From: Myxococcota bacterium
GTDB taxonomy: Bacteria > Myxococcota_A > UBA9160 > UBA6930
Direction of reading: 5' to 3'
Assembly: GCA_965223705.1 (NCBI GenBank)
Contig: OZ245015.1
Span: 2,016,001 to 2,080,000 of the forward strand
DNA: 64,000 nucleotides
Both the position numbers and the translations under genes were made by a program. Each line of letters begins with the position of its first letter. Positions within the stretch are counted from its first letter, which is position 1. This document shows positions 51,675-64,000 of this stretch, piece after piece. The notes under the pieces are model-generated. The model worked only from the letters and a program-made list of their open reading frames with translations, was not told the DNA's origin and ran no database searches.

Positions 51675-51863
51675 CAAAGCAGCAACGCCCCGTCGGTGAT
51701 TCCGACGGGGCGTTGCTTTACAAGGGGAGGGCGGTGGATAGATGATGGGGGGTGAGAGGTTGGACATTTCGCAAGAAATGCCATATCCACCGCCGCTCCA
51801 TAAACCTCGTGTCAATTCTGCGTTTTGGCTGGTGCCCCCGGGCCCGTTCGCGGCCCTCGAACG
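51675..51863 (-). ncRNA. Candidate structured small RNA (ends approximate)
   Basis: Upstream TTGACA-18-CATACT, internal 15-bp stem enclosing a hairpin and C-rich tract, ends at the 16-bp hairpin. Confidence 0.45.
51681..51720. terminator. Intrinsic terminator-like hairpin, possibly bidirectional
   Basis: Perfect 16-bp stem AGCAACGCCCCGTCGG / CCGACGGGGCGTTGCT, 5-nt loop, short T runs on both strands. Confidence 0.8.
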
Positions 51864-51869
51864 AGACCC

Positions 51870-51899
51870 AGTATGAACCTTTTCTAGGGTCGGTGTCAA
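51870..51899 (-). promoter_or_regulatory. Candidate sigma70 promoter, divergent from miaB
   Basis: Minus-strand TTGACA (51899-51894), 18-bp spacer, CATACT (51875-51870). Confidence 0.55.
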
Positions 51900-52020
51900 A
51901 CACGATTTGCACCTCGGAAAACCCCTGCAATCTAGCCTAGTTGTGGGTCTAATATGCAATGGTAAAGCGAGCTTTTTCGCCGGCCCGCCGCGTTGCTCTC
52001 GCGACACCCTCCGGTAGCTT

Positions 52021-53478
52021 GTGGCGACTGTGGAACCCGACGCCTCAAAACCCGCGCCGCGACCGAGCTTCTTCATTCGCACCTACGGCTGCCAGATGAA
52101 CGTTCACGACTCCGAGAAAGTCGCGAACCTGCTGCACCACGCGGGTTGGGAAGAGGCGTCGGAAGAGGAGCGCGCGGATCTCTTGCTGATCAACACGTGT
52201 TCGATCCGCGACAAGGCGGAACAACGTTTGTACAGCGACCTCGGCGCGCTTCGGAGCTGGAAAGCGGCGCGCCCGCGGCGGGCGATCGGAGTCGGTGGTT
52301 GTGTCGCGCAGCAAGAGGGCGACACGTTGCTGTCGCGCTTCGATCAACTCGACTTCGCCTTCGGCACGCACAACCTGCAGCGCGTCCCGCAGCTGGCCGA
52401 CGCTGCGGCGGCGGGTGGGCGCGAAGTCGCGACAGAAACGCGCAGCGACTTCGCGCGCTTCGATTTCCCCGAGCGCCACCCGGCCTTCCGCGACGCGTCG
52501 CCGGGCCGGGCCTTCGTCACCGTGATGGAGGGCTGCGACATGTTCTGCAGCTTCTGCATCGTGCCTCACACACGCGGTCGCGAAATCAGCCGACCGTGGC
52601 CCTCGATTGTCGAGGAAGTGACGCAGCTCGCCGCAGCCGGTGTTCGAGAAGTCACGTTGCTCGGTCAGACGGTGAACGCGTACGGTCGTCACGATCTGCG
52701 CCGGGGGCGGAGCGATGAGGCTGCGACCGTTCCGTTTGCGCAACTCGTTGCGCGAATTTCCGAGGTGCAGGGCATCGAGCGCATCCGCTACACGAGTCCG
52801 CACCCCGTTTTCTTCGATGATGAACTCGTCGCAGCCCACGCGAGCTTGCCCGCGCTGTGTCCCCACGTTCACCTGCCACTCCAGAGCGGATCGGATCGCG
52901 TGCTACGAGCCATGCGCCGTCGCTACGACGCGAAGCGCTTCCTGGAGATTGCCGCCGCACTGCGCGACTCGCGCGAAGACCTGGTGCTGACGAGCGACGT
53001 GATCGTCGGCTTTCCGGGTGAGACCGAAGCCGACTTTCGCGAGACCCTGAGCGCCGTCGAAGAAGCGGGGTTCGTCGACAGTTACTCCTTCAAGTACTCG
53101 CCGCGGCCGGGGACGCCCGCAGTCTCGGCGGAAAGCCCGGTCGCACCTCCAGAGGCTCAGCGGCGCCTCGAGGAGCTTCAAGCCCTCCAACGGTCCCTGA
53201 CACTCCGCTACCACCGATCTCGCGTGGGCGACGTTTGCGACGTTCTGCTGGTGGGAGAGAGCCGGCGCGGAGGCGGCCAGTGGCAGGGGCGAGATCCCTA
53301 CAATCGCGTCGTCAACGTCCAGGCCCCGGTCGAGGGGTTCGAGGCGGGCGCGGCCTGTTCGGTCGGAATTGTCGAGGCAACCCCCCACTCGCTGGTCGGC
53401 GAACTCACCGGTCAGTCCGGGTTCATGACCGCAGCCGAGCTGGCCGATGATAGGGTCCGGCTAGACGCTCGGACGTAG
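52021..53478 (+). CDS. miaB: tRNA-2-methylthio-N6-dimethylallyladenosine synthase
   Basis: TYGCQMN, NTCSIR, GCVAQ, GCDMFCSFCIVP, HLPLQSG, IVGFPGE, TRAM tail. Confidence 0.95.
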   Translation: MATVEPDASKPAPRPSFFIRTYGCQMNVHDSEKVANLLHHAGWEEASEEERADLLLINTCSIRDKAEQRLYSDLGALRSWKAARPRRAIGVGGCVAQQEGDTLLSRFDQLDFAFGTHNLQRVPQLADAAAAGGREVATETRSDFARFDFPERHPAFRDASPGRAFVTVMEGCDMFCSFCIVPHTRGREISRPWPSIVEEVTQLAAAGVREVTLLGQTVNAYGRHDLRRGRSDEAATVPFAQLVARISEVQGIERIRYTSPHPVFFDDELVAAHASLPALCPHVHLPLQSGSDRVLRAMRRRYDAKRFLEIAAALRDSREDLVLTSDVIVGFPGETEADFRETLSAVEEAGFVDSYSFKYSPRPGTPAVSAESPVAPPEAQRRLEELQALQRSLTLRYHRSRVGDVCDVLLVGESRRGGGQWQGRDPYNRVVNVQAPVEGFEAGAACSVGIVEATPHSLVGELTGQSGFMTAAELADDRVRLDART

Positions 53479-53497
53479 CGGCGATTTCGGGGGGGCA

Positions 53498-55234
53498 ATG
53501 CCCAAGACCCGCGTACTCGCGGTCGACGATCAACTGTATTTCCGCGTGTTTCTCGAGGACGTGTTGTCCCAAGAGGGGTACGCGGTCGCCACCGTTTCGT
53601 CGGTCGATGAAGCGATGGAAGTGCTCGGGAGAGACGAGTTCGAGGCCGTGGTCGCCGATCTGGCCATGCCGGATCAGGATCCCGCAGGGTGGGTCGCACG
53701 CCTGCGGGCGGCGGCGCCCCGCAGCGAGATCATCGTGGCGGCGAGCCCGGGTGACATGCACGCGGCCGCCGATGCGCTGAATGCCGGCGCCAGCGAGTAC
53801 GTGCAGAAGCCGCTCGATGCGAGAATCCTCCTGCGCACCCTGGCCGGCGTGTTCGAGCGCCGGCGCGTCGCCCAGGAGCATGAAGAGCTCGTCGCGGAGA
53901 ATCTCGACTACATGGGCACGTTCTCGCTCTACGAACGTGCGCTCTCGCTCTACGCGCACCGAGACCTCCACGTTCTTGCGGATCGGATCGTCGAGGGGCT
54001 CTGCATCGAGAGCAGCGCCCAAAGCGGACTGCTCTGGCTCGTCGACCGCGCGGACGAAGGGCAACTTCGCCTCACCGGAGTGCGCGGGCTGCTGCGCCCG
54101 GAAGACTTCCCCGACGAGATCCGAGCGCCGCTCGAGACCGTGGGCGAGGATCAACTGCAAATCCTTCTCCGAAACGGTGACGGGCTCGTCGGGGTGGCGC
54201 TCCTGTCCGACCCGGTCGACGACTCGGTCTTCCGAGTGGAAGGGGCCGGGGGCGCGCGCCGTTTCGCAGGACTCGTGAGCGGCGCGGTAGCGAACGCTGC
54301 GGCGTTTGGCCGGGAAGCCAGTCCCGGGCTGCACGACCCGCGGACCGAGACCTACAGCGCGGCCTACGTGGCGGATGCGGCGCGCAACGAGCTCGAGAAA
54401 GCGCAACGATTCGGTCGAAACTTCTGCATCATGCGGGCGAGCGTGTCGGGAGCGGGGGACGACCCGGCCCTGCTGCGCGACGTCGCGCGGGCCGCCAGCG
54501 AGACCCTCCGCGCCACGGACCTCTTGGGGACGGACGACGCGGGCCATCTGATGCTCCTCCTGCCGGAAACCCACGGGCTCGGCGCCGGGATTCTCAAACG
54601 GCGAATCCGGACCGCTCTCGACACGACCCTCCGGCAACGCACCGGTGGAGATCCTCCCGAGGCCGTGCTGGCTCACGCGGCCTTTCCGGGCGACGGGCGC
54701 TCTCTCGAGCAATTGCAGGAGAGCCTGGCACGCAACGCGGAGGAGGATCGCAGCAGTGCCCTCCATCGCGTCCGAGCCTCCGAGCGAACGTTTGGCGAGC
54801 TGCTCGACGATTTCGCCGAGGGCGCCATGGAAACGCCCCCGGAGTCCGCGGAGGAGCTGGTCCGGTTCCTGTTTCGAGAGCGCGCGCGCGTTCCCGGGCG
54901 TCGCGGCCTGCTGATGGTCGCGCCCAACCCGGCGGTTTCGGGCACGATCTTCCGCGGAATTGCCGACCTCCGCGGCGTCTCTTTGGAGGGGGACGTGGTC
55001 GTCGCCGTCGAGTCCTCAGACCCGCGGACCACGGGGGTTCCCGTGACGTGGGTCCCGCGCGAGAAGTTGGCGACGCGTCGCTCGTTTGTCCTCTACCACA
55101 GCGAGGGACCGTCCTACGGCCTCGTCTTCGACGATGACTCGGGGGGCACCGCGTTCCACAGCACGGACCGATCCTTCGTCGAACATCTCTGTTTCGAATT
55201 GGGCCGAGAACTCGGCCTGCAGGTCGCGGAATGA
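53498..55234 (+). CDS. Response regulator: REC-GAF-like-degenerate GGDEF plus C-terminal domain
   Basis: AVDD, ADLAMP, QKP; HDPRT, AQRFGR, RATDLLGTDDAGHLMLLLPET. Confidence 0.8.
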   Translation: MPKTRVLAVDDQLYFRVFLEDVLSQEGYAVATVSSVDEAMEVLGRDEFEAVVADLAMPDQDPAGWVARLRAAAPRSEIIVAASPGDMHAAADALNAGASEYVQKPLDARILLRTLAGVFERRRVAQEHEELVAENLDYMGTFSLYERALSLYAHRDLHVLADRIVEGLCIESSAQSGLLWLVDRADEGQLRLTGVRGLLRPEDFPDEIRAPLETVGEDQLQILLRNGDGLVGVALLSDPVDDSVFRVEGAGGARRFAGLVSGAVANAAAFGREASPGLHDPRTETYSAAYVADAARNELEKAQRFGRNFCIMRASVSGAGDDPALLRDVARAASETLRATDLLGTDDAGHLMLLLPETHGLGAGILKRRIRTALDTTLRQRTGGDPPEAVLAHAAFPGDGRSLEQLQESLARNAEEDRSSALHRVRASERTFGELLDDFAEGAMETPPESAEELVRFLFRERARVPGRRGLLMVAPNPAVSGTIFRGIADLRGVSLEGDVVVAVESSDPRTTGVPVTWVPREKLATRRSFVLYHSEGPSYGLVFDDDSGGTAFHSTDRSFVEHLCFELGRELGLQVAE

Positions 55235-56772
55235 GTGAAACCAACGGAGCGACGACCCTGGGCACGGTTCTCGTGGCAGATCCGGATGCCGAGCGCGCGG
55301 AAGCGCTATCGGAGACGTTGTCGGAGCGCGGCTTTACCGTGAAGACGTCCGCGGACGGCGCGGCGGCGCTCGAATCCGCGTTGACGGAGATTCCCGACGC
55401 GGTCTTGATCGCACCGGATCTCGGAGTGATCGATCCGCCCACACTCGCAACGCTACTGCGCGCGAACCCGAGGACTCAGCGGAGCCGTCGCGTCTTTCTC
55501 GGAGAGACCCTGCCCGACGCAGGCGGAGCCTTCGACGATCATCGCAATCCCGAAACCGACGAAACGCCGCTCGCCGATTGGCTGATCGGAGTGGTGTCCG
55601 AGGAAGCGCGCGTCGAGGCGACCTGGCAGAAGCCGGAGTCGCCCCGTGAGGTGGAGGGCCAGCTCACCCAGATCGCGTTGACCGATCTCCTGGAACTCTT
55701 CCACGCGAATCGTCGGACCGGGCGTGTCGAACTGACCCGACCGGGTGGGGGCGGCCGCGAGGAGTTCGGAACCATCTGGCTGCGCGACGGCCAGCCTCTC
55801 GAAGCGAAGTCCGGCGCGGTCGACGGCGAGAAGGCGCTTTTCCGGCTGTTGACGTGGACGGAAGGTCACTTCGCGTTCGCTCCCGAAGACGTCGTTGTCG
55901 TGCCCCGGATATCGACACCTCTGCGCGGCCTCCTGATGGAAGCGATGCGGCAGTTCGACGAGTGGGAGCGCCAACGCAGCGAACTCCCACCTCTCGACGC
56001 GCGCGTCAAATTGAGGATCCCGCGGGACGAGCTGCCCAACGTGGTGCAGCCCATCACCCAAGAGGTCCTCTTACTGCTCGAGTTGTACGACCGGGTGCGA
56101 GACATCGTCGACCAGTGCGAGCACCCCGATTACCAGGTGCTGCGCACGCTTCAGGCCCTGGTCGATCGCGAACTGGTCGAACTCAAGCTCGATCCCTACG
56201 GCAGCACGGCTCCCGAGCTCGGTGAAGGGCTCTTGGGACCCGAGGAAGTGGGCCGCCTCAGCGCATGGTTGCGCGAAGGTGAGCGGCAACACCGCGGGAA
56301 GCTCGTCGTGGTCGCGGCCAGCACTGAGGCGTTGGCGGATTTCCTGTCGGTCGCGGCATCGCTCCCCGGAGCTGCTCTGTCCGGCGAAGTGGACGACGGT
56401 GGCGGGGTCCTGTGGGAGCGTCTCATGCCCCTGGGATCTCTCACTCTCGACCGCGAACTCGAGATCGAGCTCTGGCACGTGCCGATTCACGAGCGCTACC
56501 GCCCGGTGTGGCCGCTCGTCACCTGGGGGGCACTCGGAGCGGTTCTGGTCTCGCACAACGGCGTGTCGGTCGAATCGCTCGAGCCGTTTCGGGATGACCT
56601 CGGCGCGAACGGCGCGGTTCGCCTGTTTCACGTCGACCTCGCCAGTGAGAAGGACAACAGCGAAGGCGGTGCGCACGCCCTCGAGGGTACGCAGTCGGTC
56701 TCCTTGCCGTTGGAAGCCCCGGCGCCGCTCGAGCAAGAACTGCACGCATTGATTCACCGGTTGGTGCCTTAG
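55231..56772 (+). CDS. Pseudo-receiver plus DUF4388 protein with C-terminal alpha/beta domain
   Basis: VLVADPD, LIAPDL; EGQLTQIALTDLL, RTGRVEL, GEKALFRLLTWTEGHF, LLMEAMRQFDE. Confidence 0.8.
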   Translation: MSETNGATTLGTVLVADPDAERAEALSETLSERGFTVKTSADGAAALESALTEIPDAVLIAPDLGVIDPPTLATLLRANPRTQRSRRVFLGETLPDAGGAFDDHRNPETDETPLADWLIGVVSEEARVEATWQKPESPREVEGQLTQIALTDLLELFHANRRTGRVELTRPGGGGREEFGTIWLRDGQPLEAKSGAVDGEKALFRLLTWTEGHFAFAPEDVVVVPRISTPLRGLLMEAMRQFDEWERQRSELPPLDARVKLRIPRDELPNVVQPITQEVLLLLELYDRVRDIVDQCEHPDYQVLRTLQALVDRELVELKLDPYGSTAPELGEGLLGPEEVGRLSAWLREGERQHRGKLVVVAASTEALADFLSVAASLPGAALSGEVDDGGGVLWERLMPLGSLTLDRELEIELWHVPIHERYRPVWPLVTWGALGAVLVSHNGVSVESLEPFRDDLGANGAVRLFHVDLASEKDNSEGGAHALEGTQSVSLPLEAPAPLEQELHALIHRLVP

Positions 56773-56774
56773 TC

Positions 56775-58785
<2,011 letters not shown>

Positions 58786-58841
58786 ACCGTCGGCTGGCGA
58801 CGGGTAGGAACATCCGGGCAACCGGGGGAGTGAGGCGGTCG

Positions 58842-60392
58842 GTGACGTCACGGGCGCGAGAGCGGATCCTTATCCTCGATTTTGGATCGCAGTACACCCA
58901 GCTCATCGCTAGGCGCATTCGCGAAGGCCAGGTGTATTGCGAGATTCATCCGCCGGGGATCTCCGTCGATGAAGTTCGCACCTTTGCGCCCGCTGGCATC
59001 GTGCTCTCCGGCGGTCCCGCCAGTGTCTTCGCGCCCGGCGCGCCACAGCCGGATCCGAAGCTCCTCGAGCTGGGAATCCCCGTACTCGGCATCTGCTACG
59101 GGTTTCAGTGGCTCGCCCAGCAGCTGGGCGGTGTCGTCGAACCCGCCGGCGCCCACGAGTACGGCGCTGCTGAGGTCCGCATAGAGCGAGAAGATTCCCT
59201 GTTTCAAGGGTTTACATCTCAAAATCTAAAAGTTTGGATGAGCCATGGCGACGTCGTGCGGCAACTGCCCACGGGTTTTCAGGTGCTCGCGACGAGCGAC
59301 GCTTCGCCGTTCGCGGCGGTGCGTCACGCCGAGCGACCGATCTACGGCCTCCAGTTTCATCCCGAGGTCGTCCACACCGAGAACGGCAAACGGTTGCTCG
59401 ACAACTTCTCGCGAACGATCAGCGGCTGCCCGGCGACGTGGAACATGGGCGCGTTCGTATCCTCTGCGGTCGATGCGATCCGCGAACAAGTGGGAGACAG
59501 CCGCGTCGTATGCGGCTTGTCCGGCGGCGTTGATTCGTCGGTCGCCGCCGCGTTGGTACACCGAGCGATCGGCGACCGCTTGACGTGCATCTTCGTCGAT
59601 CACGGACTGCTGCGCGCCGGCGAGCGAGAAGAAGTCGAGGAGACGTTCCGGGACCACTTGTCGGTGCCGCTGGTGACCGTCGACGCCGCCGAGACGTTTC
59701 TCGAAGCGCTCGCGGGGATCGAAGACCCCGAAGAGAAGCGCAAGCGCATCGGACATCGCTTCATCGACGTGTTCGATCGCGAGGCCGAGCGCTTGGGGGA
59801 AGTGCAATTTCTCGTTCAGGGCACCCTCTACCCGGACGTGATCGAGAGCGTCTCGGTGCGCGGGCCGTCGGCGACGATCAAGACCCACCACAACGTCGGC
59901 GGGCTGCCGGAGACGATGAAGCTCGACCTCGTCGAGCCGCTCCGCGAGCTTTTCAAGGACGAAGTGCGCGAGGCCGGTCGCCAGTTGGGGCTGCCGGAGC
60001 GTATGGTCGGCCGCCATCCGTTCCCCGGTCCGGGGCTCGCCATTCGGATTCTCGGCGAAGTCACGCCCGAGCGACTCGAGATGCTGCGCCGCGCCGACGC
60101 GATCTTCCTCGACGAGCTTCGCGCAGGAGGCCTCTACGACGAGGTGTGGCAGGCCTTCGCGGTGTTCCTGCCGATCCGCAGCGTCGGGGTGATGGGGGAC
60201 GGTCGAACCTACGAGAACACGATCGCGCTGCGCGCGGTCAGCTCGACGGACGCCATGACGGCGGACTGGTCGCGCTTGCCGGCCGAGCTCCTCGCTCGGG
60301 CGTCGGGCCGCATCACGAACGAGGTGCGCGGCGTGAATCGCGTCGTGTACGACATCTCGTCGAAACCGCCCGCGACGATCGAGTGGGAGTGA
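58842..60392 (+). CDS. guaA: GMP synthase (glutamine-hydrolysing)
   Basis: [33 protein letters not shown]. Confidence 0.97.
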   Translation: MTSRARERILILDFGSQYTQLIARRIREGQVYCEIHPPGISVDEVRTFAPAGIVLSGGPASVFAPGAPQPDPKLLELGIPVLGICYGFQWLAQQLGGVVEPAGAHEYGAAEVRIEREDSLFQGFTSQNLKVWMSHGDVVRQLPTGFQVLATSDASPFAAVRHAERPIYGLQFHPEVVHTENGKRLLDNFSRTISGCPATWNMGAFVSSAVDAIREQVGDSRVVCGLSGGVDSSVAAALVHRAIGDRLTCIFVDHGLLRAGEREEVEETFRDHLSVPLVTVDAAETFLEALAGIEDPEEKRKRIGHRFIDVFDREAERLGEVQFLVQGTLYPDVIESVSVRGPSATIKTHHNVGGLPETMKLDLVEPLRELFKDEVREAGRQLGLPERMVGRHPFPGPGLAIRILGEVTPERLEMLRRADAIFLDELRAGGLYDEVWQAFAVFLPIRSVGVMGDGRTYENTIALRAVSSTDAMTADWSRLPAELLARASGRITNEVRGVNRVVYDISSKPPATIEWE

Positions 60393-63300
60393 GCGTGGCC
60401 TCCTCGCCTTTCGTTCACCTCCATCTCCACACGCAGTATTCGCTCCTCGACGGCGCGATCAAGCACAACCCGCTCTTTGAACGCGTCAAGGCGCTCGGAA
60501 TGCCGGCGATCGCCATGACCGATCACGGCAACATGTTCGGTGCGGTCGAGTTCTACGAGAAAGCACGCGCGAACGGCGTGAAGCCCATCATGGGCTGCGA
60601 AGTCTACCTGGCCGCGGGCTCGCGACTCGACAAGGAGCGCCGCGAACGAGACGACAGCGGCTTCGACGCGATCAGCCATCTGTTGCTCCTCGCGATGAAC
60701 GAGACGGGCTATCGCAACCTGATCTACCTCGTGTCGAAGGCCTACCTCGACGGCTTCTACTACAAGCCGCGGATCGACATGGACCTGCTGCGGGAGCACC
60801 ACGAAGGGCTCATCGCGACTTCGGGCTGCCTGTCGTCCCTGGTGAACCGCGCGATCGTGGGCGGCCAGACGGAGCGCGCCTGGGAGCTCGTGCAGGATTT
60901 CTCGCGGTTGTTCGGCGATCGGTACTACCTCGAGCTGCAGCGCCACGGCATTCCGGAGCAGGATCTCGTCAATGCGGAGCTCCTCAAGATGGCGTCCGAC
61001 CTCCGGCTGCCGCTGCTCGCGACGAATGACGCGCACTATCTCGAGCACGACGACCACCACCACCACGAAGCGCTCTTGTGCATCGGTACAGGGAGCCAAC
61101 TCTCGGATCCGGGGCGCTTCCGCTTCACCGGTCAGGGCTTCTTCGTAAAGTCCGGCGACGAGATGCGGGAAGTCTTCCACGACCATCCGTCGGCGGTCGA
61201 AAACAGCCTTGTGATCGCCGAGCGCTGCGACGTCGAAATTCCGATGGGCACCTACCACATGCCCGACTTCCAGGTGCCGGCCGGAACAACGCGCGAGGCG
61301 GTGCTCGAGTCGGACTCCTGGACCGGCCTTCGCGAACGACTCGGTCGAGCGCCCGACGAGCCGTTCGGCAAAGCCGATGCACCCTACATCGAGCGGATGA
61401 ATCACGAGCTCTCGGTCATCAAATCGATGGGCTTTGCGGGTTACTTCCTCATCGTCGCGGACTTCATCGGTCACGCGCGTTCGAAGGGCATCCCGGTCGG
61501 CCCCGGTCGCGGTTCTTCGGCGGGTAGCTTGGTGGCGTATAGCCTGGGGATCACGGGCGTCGATCCCATCGAGTACGACATCATTTTCGAGCGTTTCCTG
61601 AACCCCGAACGCGTCTCGATGCCGGATATCGACGTCGATTTCTGCATGCGCCGCCGCGACGAAGTGATCCGCTACGTCGCCGATCTCTACGACGAGCCCG
61701 GGGACGAGGGCCGTCGCGTCTCGCAGATCATCACGTTCGGCAAGCTGCAGGCGCGGGCGGTGATCCGAGACGTCGGCCGCGTCATGGGGATGCCGTACGG
61801 CGACGTCGACCGAATCGCAAAACTCGTTCCCGATACGATCGGTATCTCGCTCGACGAGGCGCTCCAGCAGAGTCCCGAGCTTCGGGCGCGTGTCGAAGGT
61901 GACGGCGAGATCGCGCAGCTGCTCGAAACGGCCCGCCGCCTCGAAGGTCTGACGCGCCACGCATCGACCCACGCGGCCGGGCTCGTGATCGGGACGCAGC
62001 CGCTCATCGAAACCGTTCCGCTGTATCGCGACGCGCGCTCGGGCGACGTGATGAGTCAATGGGACATGCGGGCGGTCGAACAGGTCGGTCTCATCAAGTT
62101 CGACTTCCTCGGCTTGAAGACCTTGACCGTGTTGTCCGATTGCGAAGCGCGTCTGCGCGCGAGCGGCCTCGAGGATTTCCGCGTCGAGGCCATCGATCTC
62201 GGCGACGAAGCGACCTACGACCTCCTTTGCCGGGGCGACACCGAAGGCGTGTTCCAGGTCGAGAGCGCGGGGATGACGGAACTCGTGGTGAAGCTCAAGC
62301 CGCGCCACTTCAAAGAGATCATTCCGCTCGTCGCCCTGTACCGGCCGGGACCGCTCGGCTCGGGAATGGTGGACGACTACGTGAGCCGGAAGCACGGCTT
62401 GACGAAAGTCGAGTACCTCCTCCCCGAGCTCGAGGAGCTCACGGCCGAAACCCTCGGTGTCATCGTCTACCAGGATCAGGTGTTGCAGATCGCGAACCGC
62501 CTCGCGGGCTATAGCCTGGGAGACGCGGATCTCCTGCGGCGCGCCATGGGCAAGAAGAAGCCCGAGGAGATGGCGAAGCACCAGGAGCGGTTTGTCGCAG
62601 GCGCGACGGAACGCGGCGTTTCACGCAGTGCGGCGGAGCGCATTTTCAGCTTGATGGCCGAGTTCGCCGGCTATGGGTTCCCGAAAGCGCATTCGACGGC
62701 GTACGCGCTGATCACGTATCAGACGGCATACCTGAAGGCGAATCACCCGCGCGAGTACTTCGCGGCGCTGCTGTCGATCGAAGCGGGCAACCACGACAAG
62801 CTCGCACGCTACATCGCCCATACGCGCGAGCAGAAGATCCAGGTGTTGCCCCCGGACTTGAACGAGTCGGATCGCGACTTCACCGTCGCGCCGGAAGGCA
62901 TCCGTTTCGGCTTTGCGGGCATCAAGAACGTCGGTGCGGGAGCCGTCGAGGCAATCCTCTCCGCCCGCACCGACGGCGGCGAGTTTCTCGATCTCTACGA
63001 TTTCTGTCGGCGCGTCGATGCACGCCGCGTGAACCGGCGTGTCGTCGAGAGCCTCGTGCGTTGCGGGACGTTCGATTCGCTCCACCCCGAACGCGCCGCC
63101 GTGTGGGCGGCCCTCGACGGGGCGCTCGAGAGCGGCGCGGCGGCACAGCGCGACCGTGAGCTCGGCCAGGAGAACTTGTTTGCGGGGCTCGTGACGGACA
63201 CCGACGAACCGGTCGAGTTACCGCCCGCGCCAGCGTGGACCGAGACCGAGCGACTGGCCCACGAAAAGGAGGTCTTGGGCTTCTACGTCACCGGACACCC

Positions 63301-63895
63301 CTTAGAAGCCGTGGCGTCCCAGCTGTCTCGGCTCACCGACACGCGCGCCACCACCGCGGAAGAGCGCGCCGGTCGCGACGCGCGTATCGGCGGCGTGCTG
63401 ACTTCGCTCCGAGAGACGCGCACCCGGCGCGGGCAGGCGATGGCTTTCGGGACCCTCGAAGATCTCGAGGGGAGCTTCGATCTCGTGATCTTCTCCGAGC
63501 CCTTTGCGCGTCTCCGCCCCTTGCTGACAGGTGCCATCGACACGACCGAGGGCCGGGTCCTCCCGTTGATCCTCGCCGGGACGCTCGAGGCAGGGGACCC
63601 GCCGAAACTGTTGGTCCGAGACGGCTGGGAGCTTTCAACGGCGGAAGAGAAGCTCGCGACGACGCTTCGGGTCCGGCTGCCGGTGGCCGATGTATCGAAA
63701 GATCGTTTACTCGCGCTGCGCGGCCTGTTGGAGGAGCATCGCGGGGATTGCGATGTTGTGGTGCACCTGGTCATTCCGGGAGAAAGCGAGACGGTGATGT
63801 CCCTACCGGACGCGATGGCGGTCGACGCGAGCGAAGGCCTGCGTCGATCGATCGATGGGCTCTTCGGTCGGCCCGTGACGGAGCTCGCTCAGTGA
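60389..63895 (+). CDS. dnaE: DNA polymerase III alpha subunit
   Basis: [36 protein letters not shown] fold; GTG overlapping guaA stop. Confidence 0.97.
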   Translation: MSVASSPFVHLHLHTQYSLLDGAIKHNPLFERVKALGMPAIAMTDHGNMFGAVEFYEKARANGVKPIMGCEVYLAAGSRLDKERRERDDSGFDAISHLLLLAMNETGYRNLIYLVSKAYLDGFYYKPRIDMDLLREHHEGLIATSGCLSSLVNRAIVGGQTERAWELVQDFSRLFGDRYYLELQRHGIPEQDLVNAELLKMASDLRLPLLATNDAHYLEHDDHHHHEALLCIGTGSQLSDPGRFRFTGQGFFVKSGDEMREVFHDHPSAVENSLVIAERCDVEIPMGTYHMPDFQVPAGTTREAVLESDSWTGLRERLGRAPDEPFGKADAPYIERMNHELSVIKSMGFAGYFLIVADFIGHARSKGIPVGPGRGSSAGSLVAYSLGITGVDPIEYDIIFERFLNPERVSMPDIDVDFCMRRRDEVIRYVADLYDEPGDEGRRVSQIITFGKLQARAVIRDVGRVMGMPYGDVDRIAKLVPDTIGISLDEALQQSPELRARVEGDGEIAQLLETARRLEGLTRHASTHAAGLVIGTQPLIETVPLYRDARSGDVMSQWDMRAVEQVGLIKFDFLGLKTLTVLSDCEARLRASGLEDFRVEAIDLGDEATYDLLCRGDTEGVFQVESAGMTELVVKLKPRHFKEIIPLVALYRPGPLGSGMVDDYVSRKHGLTKVEYLLPELEELTAETLGVIVYQDQVLQIANRLAGYSLGDADLLRRAMGKKKPEEMAKHQERFVAGATERGVSRSAAERIFSLMAEFAGYGFPKAHSTAYALITYQTAYLKANHPREYFAALLSIEAGNHDKLARYIAHTREQKIQVLPPDLNESDRDFTVAPEGIRFGFAGIKNVGAGAVEAILSARTDGGEFLDLYDFCRRVDARRVNRRVVESLVRCGTFDSLHPERAAVWAALDGALESGAAAQRDRELGQENLFAGLVTDTDEPVELPPAPAWTETERLAHEKEVLGFYVTGHPLEAVASQLSRLTDTRATTAEERAGRDARIGGVLTSLRETRTRRGQAMAFGTLEDLEGSFDLVIFSEPFARLRPLLTGAIDTTEGRVLPLILAGTLEAGDPPKLLVRDGWELSTAEEKLATTLRVRLPVADVSKDRLLALRGLLEEHRGDCDVVVHLVIPGESETVMSLPDAMAVDASEGLRRSIDGLFGRPVTELAQ

Positions 63896-64000
63896 GCGGG
63901 CGCGCTCGAACGCTCGCCCTGGGGGTCGCACTCCTTTTCCTCGTCGTACCGCGGGTCGCTGCTCACGCGGAGATTCAGCGCCTTCAGGTTACGGGAGCTG
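63892..64000 (+). CDS. 3'-truncated CDS with signal peptide
   Basis: GTG overlapping dnaE stop; [27 protein letters not shown]..., open to the window end. Confidence 0.55.
   Translation, partial: MSGRARTLALGVALLFLVVPRVAAHAEIQRLQVTGA

Noticed and set aside
51675..51960. Retron msr/msd, 6S, SRP or tmRNA identity for the structured intergenic region
   Set aside because: No reverse transcriptase nearby; lacks the single long rod of 6S, SRP domain IV and tRNA-like ends
60389..63895. Intein or split dnaE
   Set aside because: Continuous 1168-aa protein of normal length with no splice motifs seen

Overview
High-GC bacterial chromosome segment, very gene-dense, with no integrase, transposase, prophage or CRISPR array visible. 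The gene order (tilS-ftsH-folP-cdaA-cdaR-glmM-pdxJ-nnr-tsaE-lysC), a SofG/MglA-type GTPase and a DUF4388 protein suggest a Myxococcota/deltaproteobacteria-like organism (inference). Mostly core genes: queE, gmhB, MoxR-DUF58-transglutaminase, prmA, tRNA-Met, a wza-wzc fragment, iscS-mnmA-rnc-era, thiolase-icmF-scpA-meaB, ribBA, a CoxD/CoxE-like pair, miaB, guaB-guaA-dnaE. The most interesting signals are: (1) a candidate structured sRNA with its own sigma70-like promoter and terminator at about 51.68-51.90 kb; (2) a three-gene signalling module upstream of guaBA (REC-GAF-degenerate GGDEF with intact I-site; pseudo-REC-DUF4388-degenerate small-GTPase-like tail; stand-alone cNMP-binding protein); (3) a full-length PdxJ that has lost its catalytic residues; (4) a degenerate ArnA-type formyltransferase fused to a DegT/ArnB aminotransferase; (5) a P-loop kinase-dCMP deaminase fusion; (6) a meaB with no usable in-frame start, explained by either a 2-nt deletion in a tandem repeat or readthrough of the scpA stop. 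All family calls come from motif recognition by eye; no searches were run.
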